Of a stretch of 64,000 nt of DNA, positions 26,736-40,615 are shown one piece after another. The DNA lies in assembly GCF_009914755.1 (NCBI RefSeq), contig NC_060947.1. The stretch is one strand, 5' to 3'. Origin of the DNA: the human T2T-CHM13v2.0 reference genome, Homo sapiens. The first letter of the stretch is position 1. Every line of letters begins with the position of its first letter. The notes under the pieces were generated by a model that worked only from the letters and a program-made list of their open reading frames with translations, was not told the origin of the DNA and did no database searches. Position numbers and translations under genes: made by a program.

Positions 26736-28743
26736 TTTGAGACCCCATGTATGCAATTGAATTTTCTTCTACATGTTGCATGTCTTTTCACAATCATTGG
26801 ACTGCAATGATATGCAAAACATTATTTGTAATCATACCACTTTCTCACTTTTTCTTCTCCATGATGATTTCTTTTATTTTGACTGATAATAGCCACACTT
26901 CAACCTAATGAGGATTTCTCCTTTCCCTTATTGTTACTGAATGGAGATTTTTCTCACACCAATGGCTGAATTGCAGAGTAAAGAGGAAAACAACTGCTCA
27001 GAAACTATCAGCCAGGAAACGAAACCTTATTTATATTCACATTACATAGAAGACACATTTAAGTCACTGGAAACTCACTTTAAGTTTCTCTTTTTTTTAA
27101 CCTCCTTGATAAAATACCAACTTAAATTTAAAGTTGAATGGGGCTCTAAGAATATTTAGAAGTTATTTGTTTGTTTTAAATAGGCTGGCCCTACTCCTAA
27201 GGTACATCTAAGTACACTTTCTCCTGATTTGTCCTTACTTATACGGTTAGCTTTCCACTTTTTGAGAATTTCAAGAGGTATTTTTAAAATCCGTATGTCT
27301 ACATCTTAAGAGGTTTTTATTTCCCCCTCAGACAAACCTTTATTCTCAATTTATATTACTCTAGACCATTTTACTATGAATGTAAAAATTGTGTAACTAT
27401 GATTACTGATTCATGAAATAAGAATAAAAGTTGTGATTTGTTATTACAAATGGTTAAATTGTAGAGGCTTCTTTGTGGTTTCAGTAATGGAAAAGGACAG
27501 CAGCTCCCATGAGGTAATTTTATCTTCCTTGTGAAAGAAGGGAATCACCCTTGTCTCTGATGGAATTTTTGTGTGGCTTTCCAGCAACAGGTATTCAATC
27601 TTTTAGGTTAGATCTTTAAAGGATGATTGAATATTTGGATAGTGTTTAGTTTGCATGGCTAACACAAATACATTTACCCTAACTTTTAGGTTGCAACAAC
27701 CTCTTGAAACCATTAAAACCCAAAAGGTTGCATCTGGTATCAATAATTTTTTTAAAAATTCCAAAAACAATAAATGGAGTCTATTTCAAATGCTCTATAC
27801 AATTTATAAAACATATCCCTGTCTTTTAATTATTTTCAGTGAAAATGTTCTAAATCATTGTGTTTATTCAAAAGGTGTGAAAAGGAGTCTGCCATCTTTT
27901 AAGCCCTAGATAACATGATATAGCTCTACCTTGGTTCTAATAAATGAATTTGAGCAAAGTATAAGATATGGCCATGTGCATAACACTGAAGGGAGATAAG
28001 AAGATAAAATGTAGTTAAACACTATACATTTGTGTGTAATGCATTTTCTGTGTATGGAGATGCTACAGCATAGAGGTAACATTTTTGCATATAAAATATG
28101 ATGCCAAAAGGACTCATAAAACTACCTGTTTGTCAAGTCAATAGAAATAGATGTCACCTATTTCCCTAATGATGTACATTTTGACAAAGGTGGAGGAATG
28201 GAATTAACCAAAGGAAAATTACAATGAATAATTGATTTTCTCGGTTGTAATTCAATTTTAGATAATACTTCAGTACTATGAAAATTATTTTATTTTGCCT
28301 AGAAAAATATTTCACATGTGTACTGTGTTTCTTGGTAGAAATGGAGAGAGTAGCTTTACGTTTTATATGCACTTGACTATCATACACATGTATGCACACA
28401 CACAGAGATTTGTCATTAAAATTGAATTGGACAATCAATTCAATCTGAAAAGATGTCAACTTTGCAAGATAATTGATTTGGTTTCTTTTTGTTTGAATTT
28501 ACTAAATGTTCTACACCCAAATGATTCAACAATAAGGGTCAATATAGTCGTATGCATAGACACAGCTCAAGTTGTATACAGCTATGGCTAGTCTTTTTTG
28601 AAAGTACAGCATTCAGTATTAAATTATATTTGTTGTATGTAATAAAGAACAAGTACACAAGAGATTAGAATCCACAAATTTAAAATTCTGTTTTTCTAAA
28701 TATTATAACTTAAATAGAATAAATCCACTTTACATTGTAAATA

Positions 28744-29498
28744 CCATTGACTCTTGAACAATGCAGAAGTTGGGGCAGTAACCACCACCTGCCTCCAGTC
28801 AAAAATTCACATATAACTCTTTGTTTATTTGTTTGTTTTAAGCAACAGTGTCTTGTTCTGTTGCCCAGGCTGGAGTACAGTGATGCAATCATATCTCACT
28901 GCCACCTCAACCTCCTGGGCTCAAGGAATCTTCCACCTTAGCCTCCCAAGTAGCTGGGACTACTGATGTGTACCACTATGGCTGGATAATTTAAAAAATG
29001 TAGAGACAGGGTCTTGCTATGTTACCCAGCCTGGTCTAGAATTCATGGCTAAAAGCGATCCTCCTGCCTCAGCCTCCCAAAGTTCTTGGATTACAGACAT
29101 GAGCCACCATGCCTGGCCACATGTATAACTTTTGACTCTCCAAAAACTTAAAACTACTGATAGCCTGCTGTTGACTGGAAACTTTATTGATAATGTAAAT
29201 TTTCAATTAACATATATCGTATGTTACATGTATTATATACTGCATTCTTACAATACAGTAAGCTAGAAAAAAGAAAATGTTATTAAGCAAATTATAAGGA
29301 ACAGAGGATATATTTTCTGTTTATTAAATGAAAGTATATAATCATAAAGGTCTTCAACCTTACTGTCTCCATGTTGAGTAGGCTGAGAAGGAGGAAGAGG
29401 ACTGGTTAGTCTTGTTGTCTCAGGGGTGGCAGTGGTGGAAGAAAATTTGTGTAAGTGGACCTGCACAGTTCAAACCCATATTGTTCAAGGGTCAGCTG
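28744..29498. mobile_element. Tigger2a-like TcMar DNA transposon interrupted by an AluJ
   Basis: TIRs ttgactcttgaacaa / ttgttcaagggtcagctg flanked by TA. Confidence 0.8.
28820..29118 (-). mobile_element. AluJ
   Basis: Diverged dimer (ctcctgggctcaag, agagacagggtcttgctatgtt) with flanking repeat tataact. Confidence 0.88.
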
Positions 29499-30509
29499 TA
29501 GTATGTTGTTACTAAGGACATAAAACAATTTGGTAATTAACTCTCAGAGAGTAAGAACCTAGTTCACACTAAGCATAGAACACTACTTAAAGAAATGATC
29601 TCCAGGAATGCTAGAAGAATCATACAACACTTCTTTTCCACTTACAGAAACCCATTCATTTTGAATTTAGGGAATATTCATTTGATAAGCAGTGAATCAA
29701 TACCTCAAATCCTCTTCTAATTACTGGCTTTCTGACCACTAGACATATTTACAATATTGAACAATCCCACTTCAACCACATTCAACAGAATGAATGTTAA
29801 CCTGTTGAGTGCTCTTTCCTTAAATTAAGAATCATGGGAAGTTTCTAGGAATTCAGTCTAGGAATCCATTTACCTTTAGGCTTTTGTGTTTTAAGCCTTA
29901 ATATGTGCTCTCTAGGAAGCTCTAGCTTATTTCAAATGTTCATATGACTTTCTGTCATATGTAATTTAGAAAACAGATATTTATTGAATGTCTACTGTGT
30001 ATAAAGCAAAATGATAGCCTCTGCAGAGGAAAAAGAATAAGTAGGTCATAGTCCCCACTCTCAAATAATTTAAGTCTAACTAGAGATTTAAGACATTAAC
30101 ATGTGAAGTTTTTTTACTTTTATATTAAGTTCAGGGGTACAAGTAAAGGTTTGTTACATAGATAAACTTGTGTTATGGGGGTTTGTTTTACAGATTATTT
30201 GATTACTGATAAAGCATATAAATAACATTTGAAGAACGTATTTTAGTAGATAGTATGAGATTCTATATGTGTGGTCAGAAAATTTACACTGCATAGGATT
30301 TCAAAGTGAAAAGTTTTTGTACTATGTCTTTGCTTTCTTCAAAAGGGTGGACATCTTTAAGAGGCAGGGAGGAATGATTCTTGTTTAGGCTTCAATATTT
30401 TGGCAGGCATGTTACATAATTTTAAAAAGAGGCAGCTAGATAACAGGTGGAGGTTTTATATTTCCTTATTATAACTTTATTCTTTTTGCAAAACAATTGG
30501 AAACTGCCA

Positions 30510-31640
30510 GTAAAATTTATTGATATATAATATTTGTATATTTTATGCAAGATATGTGGTATTTTGTCACAAGCGTAGAATGTGAAATGATCATGTCAGT
30601 GTATTTAGGGTATTCATCACCTCTGGCATTTGCCATTTCTATGTGTTGGGAACATTTCAAGTGCTCTCTTCTAGCTATTTTGCAATATATAATATATTAT
30701 TGTTAACTATAGTCATCCTATCCTGCTATCAAACATTAGAACTTATTCCTTCTATTTCATTATATGATTGTACCCATTAACTAACCTCTTCATCTCCTTC
30801 CCCCAACACACATACCTTTCCCAGCCTCTGATAACTATCATTCTACTCTCTACCAACATGAGATGTTTTTTAGCTCCCACATATGGGTGATAGCATATAA
30901 TATTTGTATTTCAGTACCTAGCTTATTTCACTTAACATAAGGACCTCCTATTCCATCTATGTTGCTGCAAATGACAGGATTTCATTCTATTTTATGGCCA
31001 AGTAGTATTCTATTGTGTATATATAACACATTTTCTTTATCCATTCATCCCTTGATGGACACTTTGGTTTATTCCATATCTTTGCTATTGTGAATAATGC
31101 TACAAAACCATGAGAGTTCTGATATTCCTTTGATATATTGATTTCTTTTCCTTTAGAAAAATATCCAGTAGTAGGATTCTTGGATCATATGGTAGTTCTA
31201 TTTTTAGTTTTTCAAGAAATCTCCATTCTGTTTTTCATAGTGACTGTACTAATTTACATTCCTACCAACTTTATATCAGTTCCCTTTTCTCCACATCTTC
31301 TCCAGCATCTGTTATTTTTTTTTCTTTTTAACAATAGCCATTCTAAGATGACATCTCATTGTGGATTTAATTTGCATTTTCCTGATAATTAGTGATGTGG
31401 AGCCTTTTTTATCTACCCGTTGGCCATTTGTATGTCTTCTTTTGAGACATGTCTATTCATGTCCTTTGCCCACTTTATAATGGGATTATTAGGTTTTTGG
31501 TTTTTTGGGTTTTTTTTTGCTATTGAGTTGTTTGAGTTCCTTGTATATTCTGAATATTAGACCCTTGTGGGATTAATGGTTTTCAAATATTTTCTCCCAT
31601 TCAATAGGTGTAGTGTGTCTTTATTCTGTGGATTGTTTGC
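30510..31640 (-). mobile_element. L1MA 3' portion
   Basis: tgttgggaacatttcaagtgctctcttctagctatttt...gttgctgcaaatgacaggatttcatt...ttggccatttgtatgtcttcttttgag. Confidence 0.9.
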
Positions 31641-33509
31641 TAGTACATTTTGAAGAAAGATACTAGTTAATAAAATTGATTATTGAGAAACATATAAGAG
31701 AATACACTCTTTGGGATAAAGGAAGGATGTGGGAAGTGCCATTTTACTCTATCTTGAAGGGTAGGGAGAGAATACACACACATCACACATGGTTCCCATT
31801 TACAAACATAAATAAAATTTCTGAGGACTGACTAGAAGGCAAAGTGTAATAGCAAGAAAGATCATAAAATCAGAAACAAATATTTCCAAATTTCAATTCC
31901 AAAAATTCTGAATTTAACATTAAACTGTTTTTGCTTCTAATTTAAACTCTAATGTTCTCTACTTTGAAGGCTTATTTTTCTACTCTGGCTCATTCAAAAC
32001 TTACACAAACACGTAAAGCACATTGAGCATATAACATGTCATTTTTATTTGCCAAATTATAGTCATCAAATGATACCTTGTACAGAAAGAGTAAAACCTA
32101 TGCTGAAGTGAAAATGTATTTCCTGGTTTCATTTTGGAAAACATGGTAACATTGCAAGTTGGAAGTCTGATTATTCATTGTCATACTAGCACACAAAGTG
32201 CATTGTACTTAAATCTTTTTTAAATTTCAAAAGCAAGACATGTAAAAATCAAAGAAATTTAAAGAATGTGGGCTTTGGTATATAAGAAGACCTATTCTCA
32301 CTCTTAAAATTATTTAAACAGGTGCTATGGGAAGCCATTGCCTGTATAAGGCTTTTAAGATATTTACAACAAAACATTTCCCTGTGATTGAATTTTTCCA
32401 AGTACTAAAATACCATGGAGAAATATGTTTACCACCAGTTTTATGGCTCCCTACATGCATTCTCTATAAACCTTGTATCTGCTTGGACACAAACAGTATT
32501 GCAAAAAGACACCACGCCATTTGAACAGGGTATACAGCTTTGAAAGCGTATGCCACAGTACTAATGGGAATGTCAGTATTATTATGAGTAATACAGTTTT
32601 AAGACCATTCTTTTATTACAGGAGACCTAAGTAATTGTTCTTATTTTACATCTTAATTTTAGTAGGAGTAAAATTAATTTAGTAGGAGTATCTGTGGGGA
32701 TACTACCACTATTGTGTTACAGTTTTTGGCCTCGGTGCTGATATGGGATATAACATTTGTGAAGTCTAAGCACGGAAAAACATAAAGGTAAAGTTTTCCT
32801 TTACAACATGTATTATTCCATTGAAAAGCAAATAAGAAATAATTACCTGGGACCTGAAAATGCAACCCCTATATGCTTCAAAGGTTTGGGTTGACAATGT
32901 TTAAAAAGCTACAAGGTATCAATAGTAGAATTTTGCTAACCAGTGAGTCAATTTTCTAGGCAAATGGGGGAAGAAAACACATGTTGTAAGTATCCAGATG
33001 AGAAAGTATCTTCTGGAAACTTGTAGCAGTGGCAATAAAGCAATACACATCAGTGTTCAAACTTGAATACATATTGTATTGCTTTTCACCCTCATAATTT
33101 TTTAAAATATGCCAACTGTCAGAGACAGTGGTAGGTAAGGTTAGATGGTTACATGGATTATTAGTAAAGTCTCCTGAGAAATTGGGATGTTGATGGTGGT
33201 TGAGAATCATAGGCTGACTATGATGCACTTCACCATCTGTTAATATAGGTATTTTAACTGGAGATAAGATCAAATATCTTGTCATTAGCCAAGAAGAGGA
33301 AGTAATTTCAATGCCATGTTAAAAATACAGTATTTAGCCATTCACACTGGAAAAATGTCTAATGGGAAATGAATAATGCAGGAGAGGTGACAATGGACAG
33401 AAAGGCAGTGAGCAAAGTGATCTTCCCTAGTGACCAAATAGAATTAAGGAAGTTAAAATCGCTAAGTGAAGTGAGTAGATATAGCTGTTCAGGTGATGGA
33501 AGCATGTTC

Positions 33510-33810
<301 letters not shown>

Positions 33811-33887
33811 GCATGTTCCTTAAGGTTATCCAAAGCAAACATGAAGGCAGATTCAGAACAAATGCAGAAATGGCTAACATATGATAC

Positions 33888-34708
33888 TGCGTCTGGAATT
33901 TATTCCTTCCAGTGGGTTCTTGGTCTCTCTGACTTCAAGAATGAAGCCGCGGACCCTCGCAGTGAGTGTTACAGTTTGTAAAGATGGTGTGTCCAGAGTT
34001 TGTTCCTTCAGATGTTCAGATGTGTCTGGAGTTTCTTCCTTCTGGTGGGTTCATGGTCTCACTGACTTCAGGAGTGAAGCTGCAGACCTTCGCAGGGAGT
34101 GTTACAGCTCTTAAAGTTGGTGCGTCTGGAGTTGTTTGTTCCTCCCGGTGGGTTCGTGGTCTTGCTGACTTCAGGAGTGAAGCCACAGACCTTTTCAGTG
34201 AGTGTTACAGCTCATAAAGGTAGTGCGGACCCAAAGAGTGAGCAGCAGCAAGATTTATTGTGAAGAGCGAAAGAACAAAGCTGCCACAGCGTGGAGGGGG
34301 ACCTGAGCGGGTTGCCGCTGCTGGCTTGGGTGGCCAGCTTTTATTCCCTTATTTGGCCCTGCTCACATTCTGCTGATGGGTCCATTTTACAGAGTGCTGA
34401 TTGGTCCATTTTACAGATTGCTGATTGGTCCGTTTTTACAGAGTGCTGCTTGGTACGTTTACAAACCTTTAGCTAGACCCAGAGCGCTGACTGGTGCGTT
34501 TTTACAGAGTGCTGATTGGTGCGTTTACAAACCTTTACCTAGACACAAAGCGCTGATTGGTGCATTTTTACAGAGTGCTGATTGGTGCGTTTACAAACCT
34601 TAAGCTAGACACAGAGCGCTCCTTGGTGTGTTTACAATCCTTTAACTAGACAGAAAAGTTCTCCAAGTCCCCACTCAACCCAGGAAGTCCAGCTGGCTTC
34701 ACCTCTCA
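33888..34708 (-). mobile_element. LTR12-family (ERV9) solo LTR
   Basis: gacttcaagaatgaagccgcggaccctcgcagtgagtgttacag repeats, tandem gctgattggt (CCAAT) units, end ctggcttcacctctca, 4-bp TSD ATAC. Confidence 0.95.
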
Positions 34709-35086
34709 ATACTAAACTGAAAATAACTTCATGGGACTCAAATGTTATAATGTTGATTTTTAAAGCACTTTATCCAAATAAATGACTCAAAAAATATACC
34801 AATTTCATAGAATTGGAATTTAGGGCAGAAATTTTGGGTGTTTTGTTTAAGTCTGATTACAAGATATTAGTATTGAAAGATCTTACATATTAATTTTCTC
34901 TTTATTTTCCTTTCTTCATGTTGCAGAATTTCTCTGGTTATTGAGTTCACAATATTTACACATTCATAAAAACAGAAAATGTGAAACATCTGCATTTAAT
35001 ACTAATCGTTGAATTTTGTAGGGCTTCATGTGAAGTATATCTTAAAAATAGTGTTTCCCCTAAAGAAGTATCATTGGCTCTGAGTA

Positions 35087-35428
35087 CAATAGTCACACCT
35101 TATTTGCAGGGGATATGTTCCAAAACCTCTGGTAGTTGCCTACAACAGTGAAGAGTACTGAACCCCATACATATTGTTTTTTTTTTCTATACATACATAC
35201 ATGTGTTAAAGTTTAATTTATAAATAAGGCATAGTAATAAATTGACAACAATAACTGATGGAAATATAGAACAACTATAACAATATACTGTGTAAACGTT
35301 ATGTGAATGTGGTCTCTCTTTCTCTCAAAACATTTTATTGTACTGTACTCCCCTGTTGTCTGATTGCCATTTACTAGGAGTAACAGAAATCTTTGGAAAA
35401 TGAAATCACAGATAAGGGGCAACTACTG
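35087..35428. mobile_element. MER44A-like TcMar-Tigger MITE
   Basis: ccttatttgcaggggatatgttccaa...cagataaggggcaactactg termini. Confidence 0.75.
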
Positions 35429-35928
35429 TGTGTGTAAGGATAGAATCCAATTGGGAAAGATAAGAGGAGAAAATGATAGTGACTAAAATGTCACTGGAAG
35501 TTGAGAACTGACTATGTTTCTCTTTACATTTCAAGCTTTGACAGATGTTAAAGATGTTTAATAAATATTTATTTTACATACATAAGTATATATATAATAT
35601 ATATTTATATTTGCAGGTTACTAAAAGCATCACACTCTTACTGTCTGCATAAACCCAGCCTCAGCATAGACATAGTTTTATATTCAGTAAACACTTAAGA
35701 TTCTTCTTTCAAACTAAAGCACTTATGATAGAAAAATGAGAAAAAAATTCTCAAGTACTAGGGCTATTAGCAAAAGTGAAACATGTCTGTAGTGTCTTCG
35801 CTTCAACATTTGCCATTCCATATGGATCCGTAAATATTTGTAACAATAGTAAGTAAAGGAATTTTAGCATTAATAAAATAAGGTCGAATTTGCCAGGAAA
35901 AATTAAGATAGATTTTTCATATTTTCTT

Positions 35929-37562
35929 TTTTTCATATAAATATTTATTGAACAAAAGCAGAATAAATGAACTAAGGGCTGTTTTAACCTGTAGATATAA
36001 AACAGCAACTTCAAATATTCAGAAGGGTGTCACACAGAGAATGAAAGACTTGTTTAGTATTTCTGCAAAGGGCAGAACTTGACCCAAAGGATAAATACAA
36101 GCAATCAGTAGGCCATTGGATAGTTGTACAAAGTGTATCACATGTCTTAATTGCTTCTTTCTCCATATAATGCGTTCCACACTTAACTTTTCCCATCTTA
36201 TAAAAGGAAATAATACAACTTAATACTTCTCATGAACGTCTTAAATAAGTCACATTTTCATGGCAAGCCCTCCACTGCCAGCAATAGATGTACTCATAGT
36301 ATTGGAAAACATCTAAAGTTAACAAACTGGTTTAGTATAAAAATGGTTTATTTGTTCCTCAGACATATTTCTGCATTTTACATTAGTGGATTTCAGAAGT
36401 TGGGGAGAAAAGAGAGCATAGTCTCCAAAGAGGGTGAATCATAATCCCTAGCAATACAGATATTGCCCTCAAACTCCAAATGAATCATTACCACTATCCA
36501 GCAATGGTACAGATGAGAGTGTGGTATGTGCTGGGGCATCTGCACAGACAAAACACAGTTGACAACCACTATTCTACAAGAAACAGGAAATCTTATTTCA
36601 CAAGTCACTAAAAAACAAACTAACTGCTGTAGTAATGAGAGGCTCCATCCAGACTGTTAAATATTACAAAGTGAGAACTGTTTTAACAACTACTCAGCAT
36701 AATGTTTAAGAACAAAATGTACATAAAACATTGTACTTTATATGTATATTTTATCACATAGTAAGAAATGCTGAAGTGCTTCATCTATGCAACAAATTGA
36801 AAATAAAAACTTTACATTTCTATATTTGTCAATATACAGGATTCTGAAGGTGGATCTTAAACTCAGGATGATAAATCAGTTATCAAGGAAAGCCACATAA
36901 CCCGTCAGTCTGGATAACTGCTATTCACTGGGGATGGGTGAACTGGAATTGGCTCTGGCAAGGGAATAAACTTGTTAAAAGAAACATCCAGGGCCCTTGC
37001 AATTGGCTTTCTGGGCATAACCGTTCTTATGGTTGGGTCAGCTTGCCATTCTTGTTTTAATATACCTTTCACAGCCTCTTCTACAGGACATCCAAAAAAG
37101 GCTTCAAAATCATCAACGATTATTGAGATATACACTTGAGAGGGCAGGGCAAAGGCTCATCTCCTTGTTGTATCTCTAAGTGCTTCCATAATTGACTGGA
37201 ACATCTTAGGCTACTGGTAAGCACGGAGGGTTGTATACATCCCAAAGAAATCTCTATGTCAGAATTTTTTTCCTACTGAGCAAATTCTCCCAAGTTCAGA
37301 ATTTGCAGATTTTATAGCAGGTGGTATTCTTTCCCAAAGATATCTTGGATTATTCATGTCGTTATGGAGCAAATAAAAAGCTAGAAGCTGACCATACACT
37401 GGGGGTGCAGCAGTTCCTCCAAGACCCTGGAACTCTTGGTTCTCGCACTGATCCAACAACTTTTTGAAACTGAAGGCACTTTCCTTCATCATTGCCACTG
37501 GCATCTTCCCAGCCTGTCTTGTGGCCACCCCTTCCCAACAGCCAGACCCCAAACTGTCCCCC
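35929..37562 (-). pseudogene. COPS8P1: Processed pseudogene of COP9 signalosome subunit 8 (COPS8), antisense to DACH2
   Basis: Intronless COPS8-like frame from ATG at 37504 ([24 protein letters not shown]...[26 protein letters not shown]) to TGA at 36876 (...VSFNKFIPL...YVAFLDN*). It has several in-frame stops (e.g. 37259-37261) and a late frameshift. Minus-strand AATAAA at 35944-35949, a short A-tail remnant and candidate TSDs are present. The locus symbol is from memory and the 3' boundary is inferred. Confidence 0.93.
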
Positions 37563-37664
37563 TTTTCCTATATTCTTAGTAGAAAGTACACTTATCTTAA
37601 ACTTGCAAGTCTGCATGGGAATAAATATACAACTTAAATTAAATTTGAGGGGAAAATGCGACTT

Positions 37665-37840
37665 GGTGGCTGGCAAGATGGCCGAATAGGAACAGCTCGT
37701 GTCTGCAGCTCCAAGGGAGATCAATGCAGAAGGCAGGTGATTTCTGCATTTCCAACTGAGGTACCTGGCTCATCTCATTCGGACTGGTTGGACAGTGGGT
37801 GCTGCCCATGGAGGGAGAGCTGAAGCAGGATGGGTCGTCG
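37665..37840 (+). mobile_element. Isolated L1PA 5' UTR start (~175 bp)
   Basis: caagatggccgaataggaacagctc...gtgatttctgcatttccaactgaggtacc...ggacagtgggtg, with no L1 body following. Confidence 0.88.
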
Positions 37841-38894
37841 ATTCAGACTACTCAGGTAGCTTGAAGACTTCAGGCTCAAACTACTTTAGAGCTAATCTGA
37901 GAGAGTTCACTTACAGAATTACAAGTTTATTCTTTTGTCTGGTTATTAGGAAGACAAAATACAATGCTATAATACCTTTATTAATTCTTGAAACATTAAG
38001 TAAATTCTTCACTCAGTTTACCAGAGTAAATTTTTTTAAAGAATTTATTGGGTAAATCCTGGAATCAATGTATATTCAGTGCACTTCTTTTTCTTGAATA
38101 TTCCAGATCTACAAGGCTAGCATAGCTTCAGATGTAGCTCATCTTTTTGAGGGCCAACTATATGCTCAGTACCATGCTAAGTGTTTTGCATTTGAGTTTT
38201 TTCCTTTAAACTTCCCACAAACACTCTGAGGTAGATCTTTATATTCTACAAATAGGGTCACTGTGTAACATCCCAACACAGAGAGACATTCAGTAATGTT
38301 TATTGTGCTATAAGAAGAAGGCAGACTCATAGGAAATAAGTTAAAATCAGAAAGGGACGTATCAGATGATTAACCTTTGTATAATCATTTACGTTCAACT
38401 GCATGATACATTTTTTAAAGATTTCTAATTAATTGAAAAGTTTTTTGAAAATATTCCTCTTTGTCTAATAGTTATTAGAGAAAATCACCACCACACTCTT
38501 CAATTTATAGCACTTTGATTTATGCCACAATACAATGCACAACTAGGAACTCAAAAGTGTTTCTGATAAAAGTCATTAAGTAAGGTGAGAATATTGAAAT
38601 AGAAGAAAGTAAAGTTGAATCAGTCCCCACAAACTAGAAATGAAGATGGGGAAGAGGCAGCATTAAAACATAAAACAAAATGGCACATTCATGTGTTCTA
38701 GTGCTGGCATTTACACATCCTTGCCTCTTTGGATATATATTATGAATTATTTTATTATTATTTTTATCAGAAAAAGAGTGTCCATAAGATGGTATGAATT
38801 TTCATAGCAATAGACAGCATCTAAAACTAGGATTGTGCTTTTGGTAAAGGTTGTTAAATTAAGCATTACTAATAGATACAAACTTCTTTGATAA

Positions 38895-39329
<435 letters not shown>

Positions 39330-39491
39330 TAAATATATATTTTTAATAAAATTCAGCTTTCTAAAATAAAAATATTAGGGTCATTTTGAGTTAGCTAAGT
39401 TTATAACAGTATTGAAATTATGGTATCAAACTCATCTATTAGGAAAACCCTTAATTTTTTGTATAAAACACGTGATGGCTCAGTGCATCAA

Positions 39492-39672
39492 TTTTTTTTT
39501 TTTTAATTTTTTGAAGAGGTGGAGTCCCACTACATTGCCCACGCTGGAGTGCAGTGGCTATTCGTAGGCATGATCATAGTGCATTGCAGCCTCAAACTCC
39601 TGGGCTCAAGTGATCCTTCTACCTCAGCATCCTGAATAGCTGGAACTACGGGTTCATGCCACTGTACCAAGC
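39492..39672 (-). mobile_element. FAM (fossil Alu monomer, 7SL-derived)
   Basis: Monomer carrying the 7SL-type segment gcagtggctattcgtaggcatgatcatagtgc. Confidence 0.78.
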
Positions 39673-40434
39673 CCATTGCCTCCATATTTTAGCTAAGACT
39701 GAAATATCAGTACATATTCTCAGTGATTGTGGGTATGTGCACATACGTGCGTGTGCGTGAACAAGAGAAGGAGATGACTAATGAAAACAGAACTGTCTGT
39801 CATTAGTACTGTGGTAACATGAAAATGTGAATATGCATAGATTACAAACAGGTATAATTGCACAGTTATTAGTGAGCATATTGATAAAAATGTCAAATCT
39901 GTGTAATTAAGGGCATGTTCCTCATGAAAGAGTTTATAGGAGGTGACAAACTGTGAATTCTGTGTTATACAGACTGTTTTCCCAAGTTTTCCATGATAGA
40001 GTCATTCTGATTTTGAATTATCTTTAATTTTTAATCTTAATCCTCTGAAATATCTTCTTTATAACTTTCTTGGATACAAGTAAATTTATAATCCATAGAA
40101 TTCATTCTTGGAAAAATATTTTCCTTTTATTTGTATAGGCTCATGTTTTTTACTATTTTGTTTCCTGAATCTATGTTACAAATTGGCCCATTATGCATGT
40201 TTTTCTGCAGTGTAAATTGATTTTCACAACCTCTATATCTAGAAAACCAACTGGTTGATATATGTCTTTAATTTTATTCGATTTCTTGAAGCTTTGGCAA
40301 TACATCCTTAAAATTAGGTATCATTTTTGAAACGATTTTTTGAAATGTGAAAAGTAACTAGTTAAAAAATATATTGTGATAGGAAGCAATATTAAAATCT
40401 TGTAAATGTAGCAAAAATTAACCTTTATATAGCC

Positions 40435-40615
40435 CAGTGGTTTTTTGAATTGTCATTCCCACACCAGCAACTTTAGCATCAATTGGGCACTTATTAGAAA
40501 TTCGAATTGCCAGGCTCTACTCTATACCTACTGAGTAAGAAACTCTGGAAGCAAGGAATGTGTATTTAAAAGACTTTCAGTGCATTCTTATGCATGGTAA
40601 AGTTTGAGAACTATG
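40435..40615. mobile_element. MER5A-like hAT MITE
   Basis: cagtggtt...ttattagaaattcgaattgccagg...aaagtttgagaact. Confidence 0.6.

Noticed and set aside
34370-34650. Regular repeats superficially resembling a CRISPR array
   Set aside because: They are the U3 tandem repeats of LTR12, with no unique spacers.
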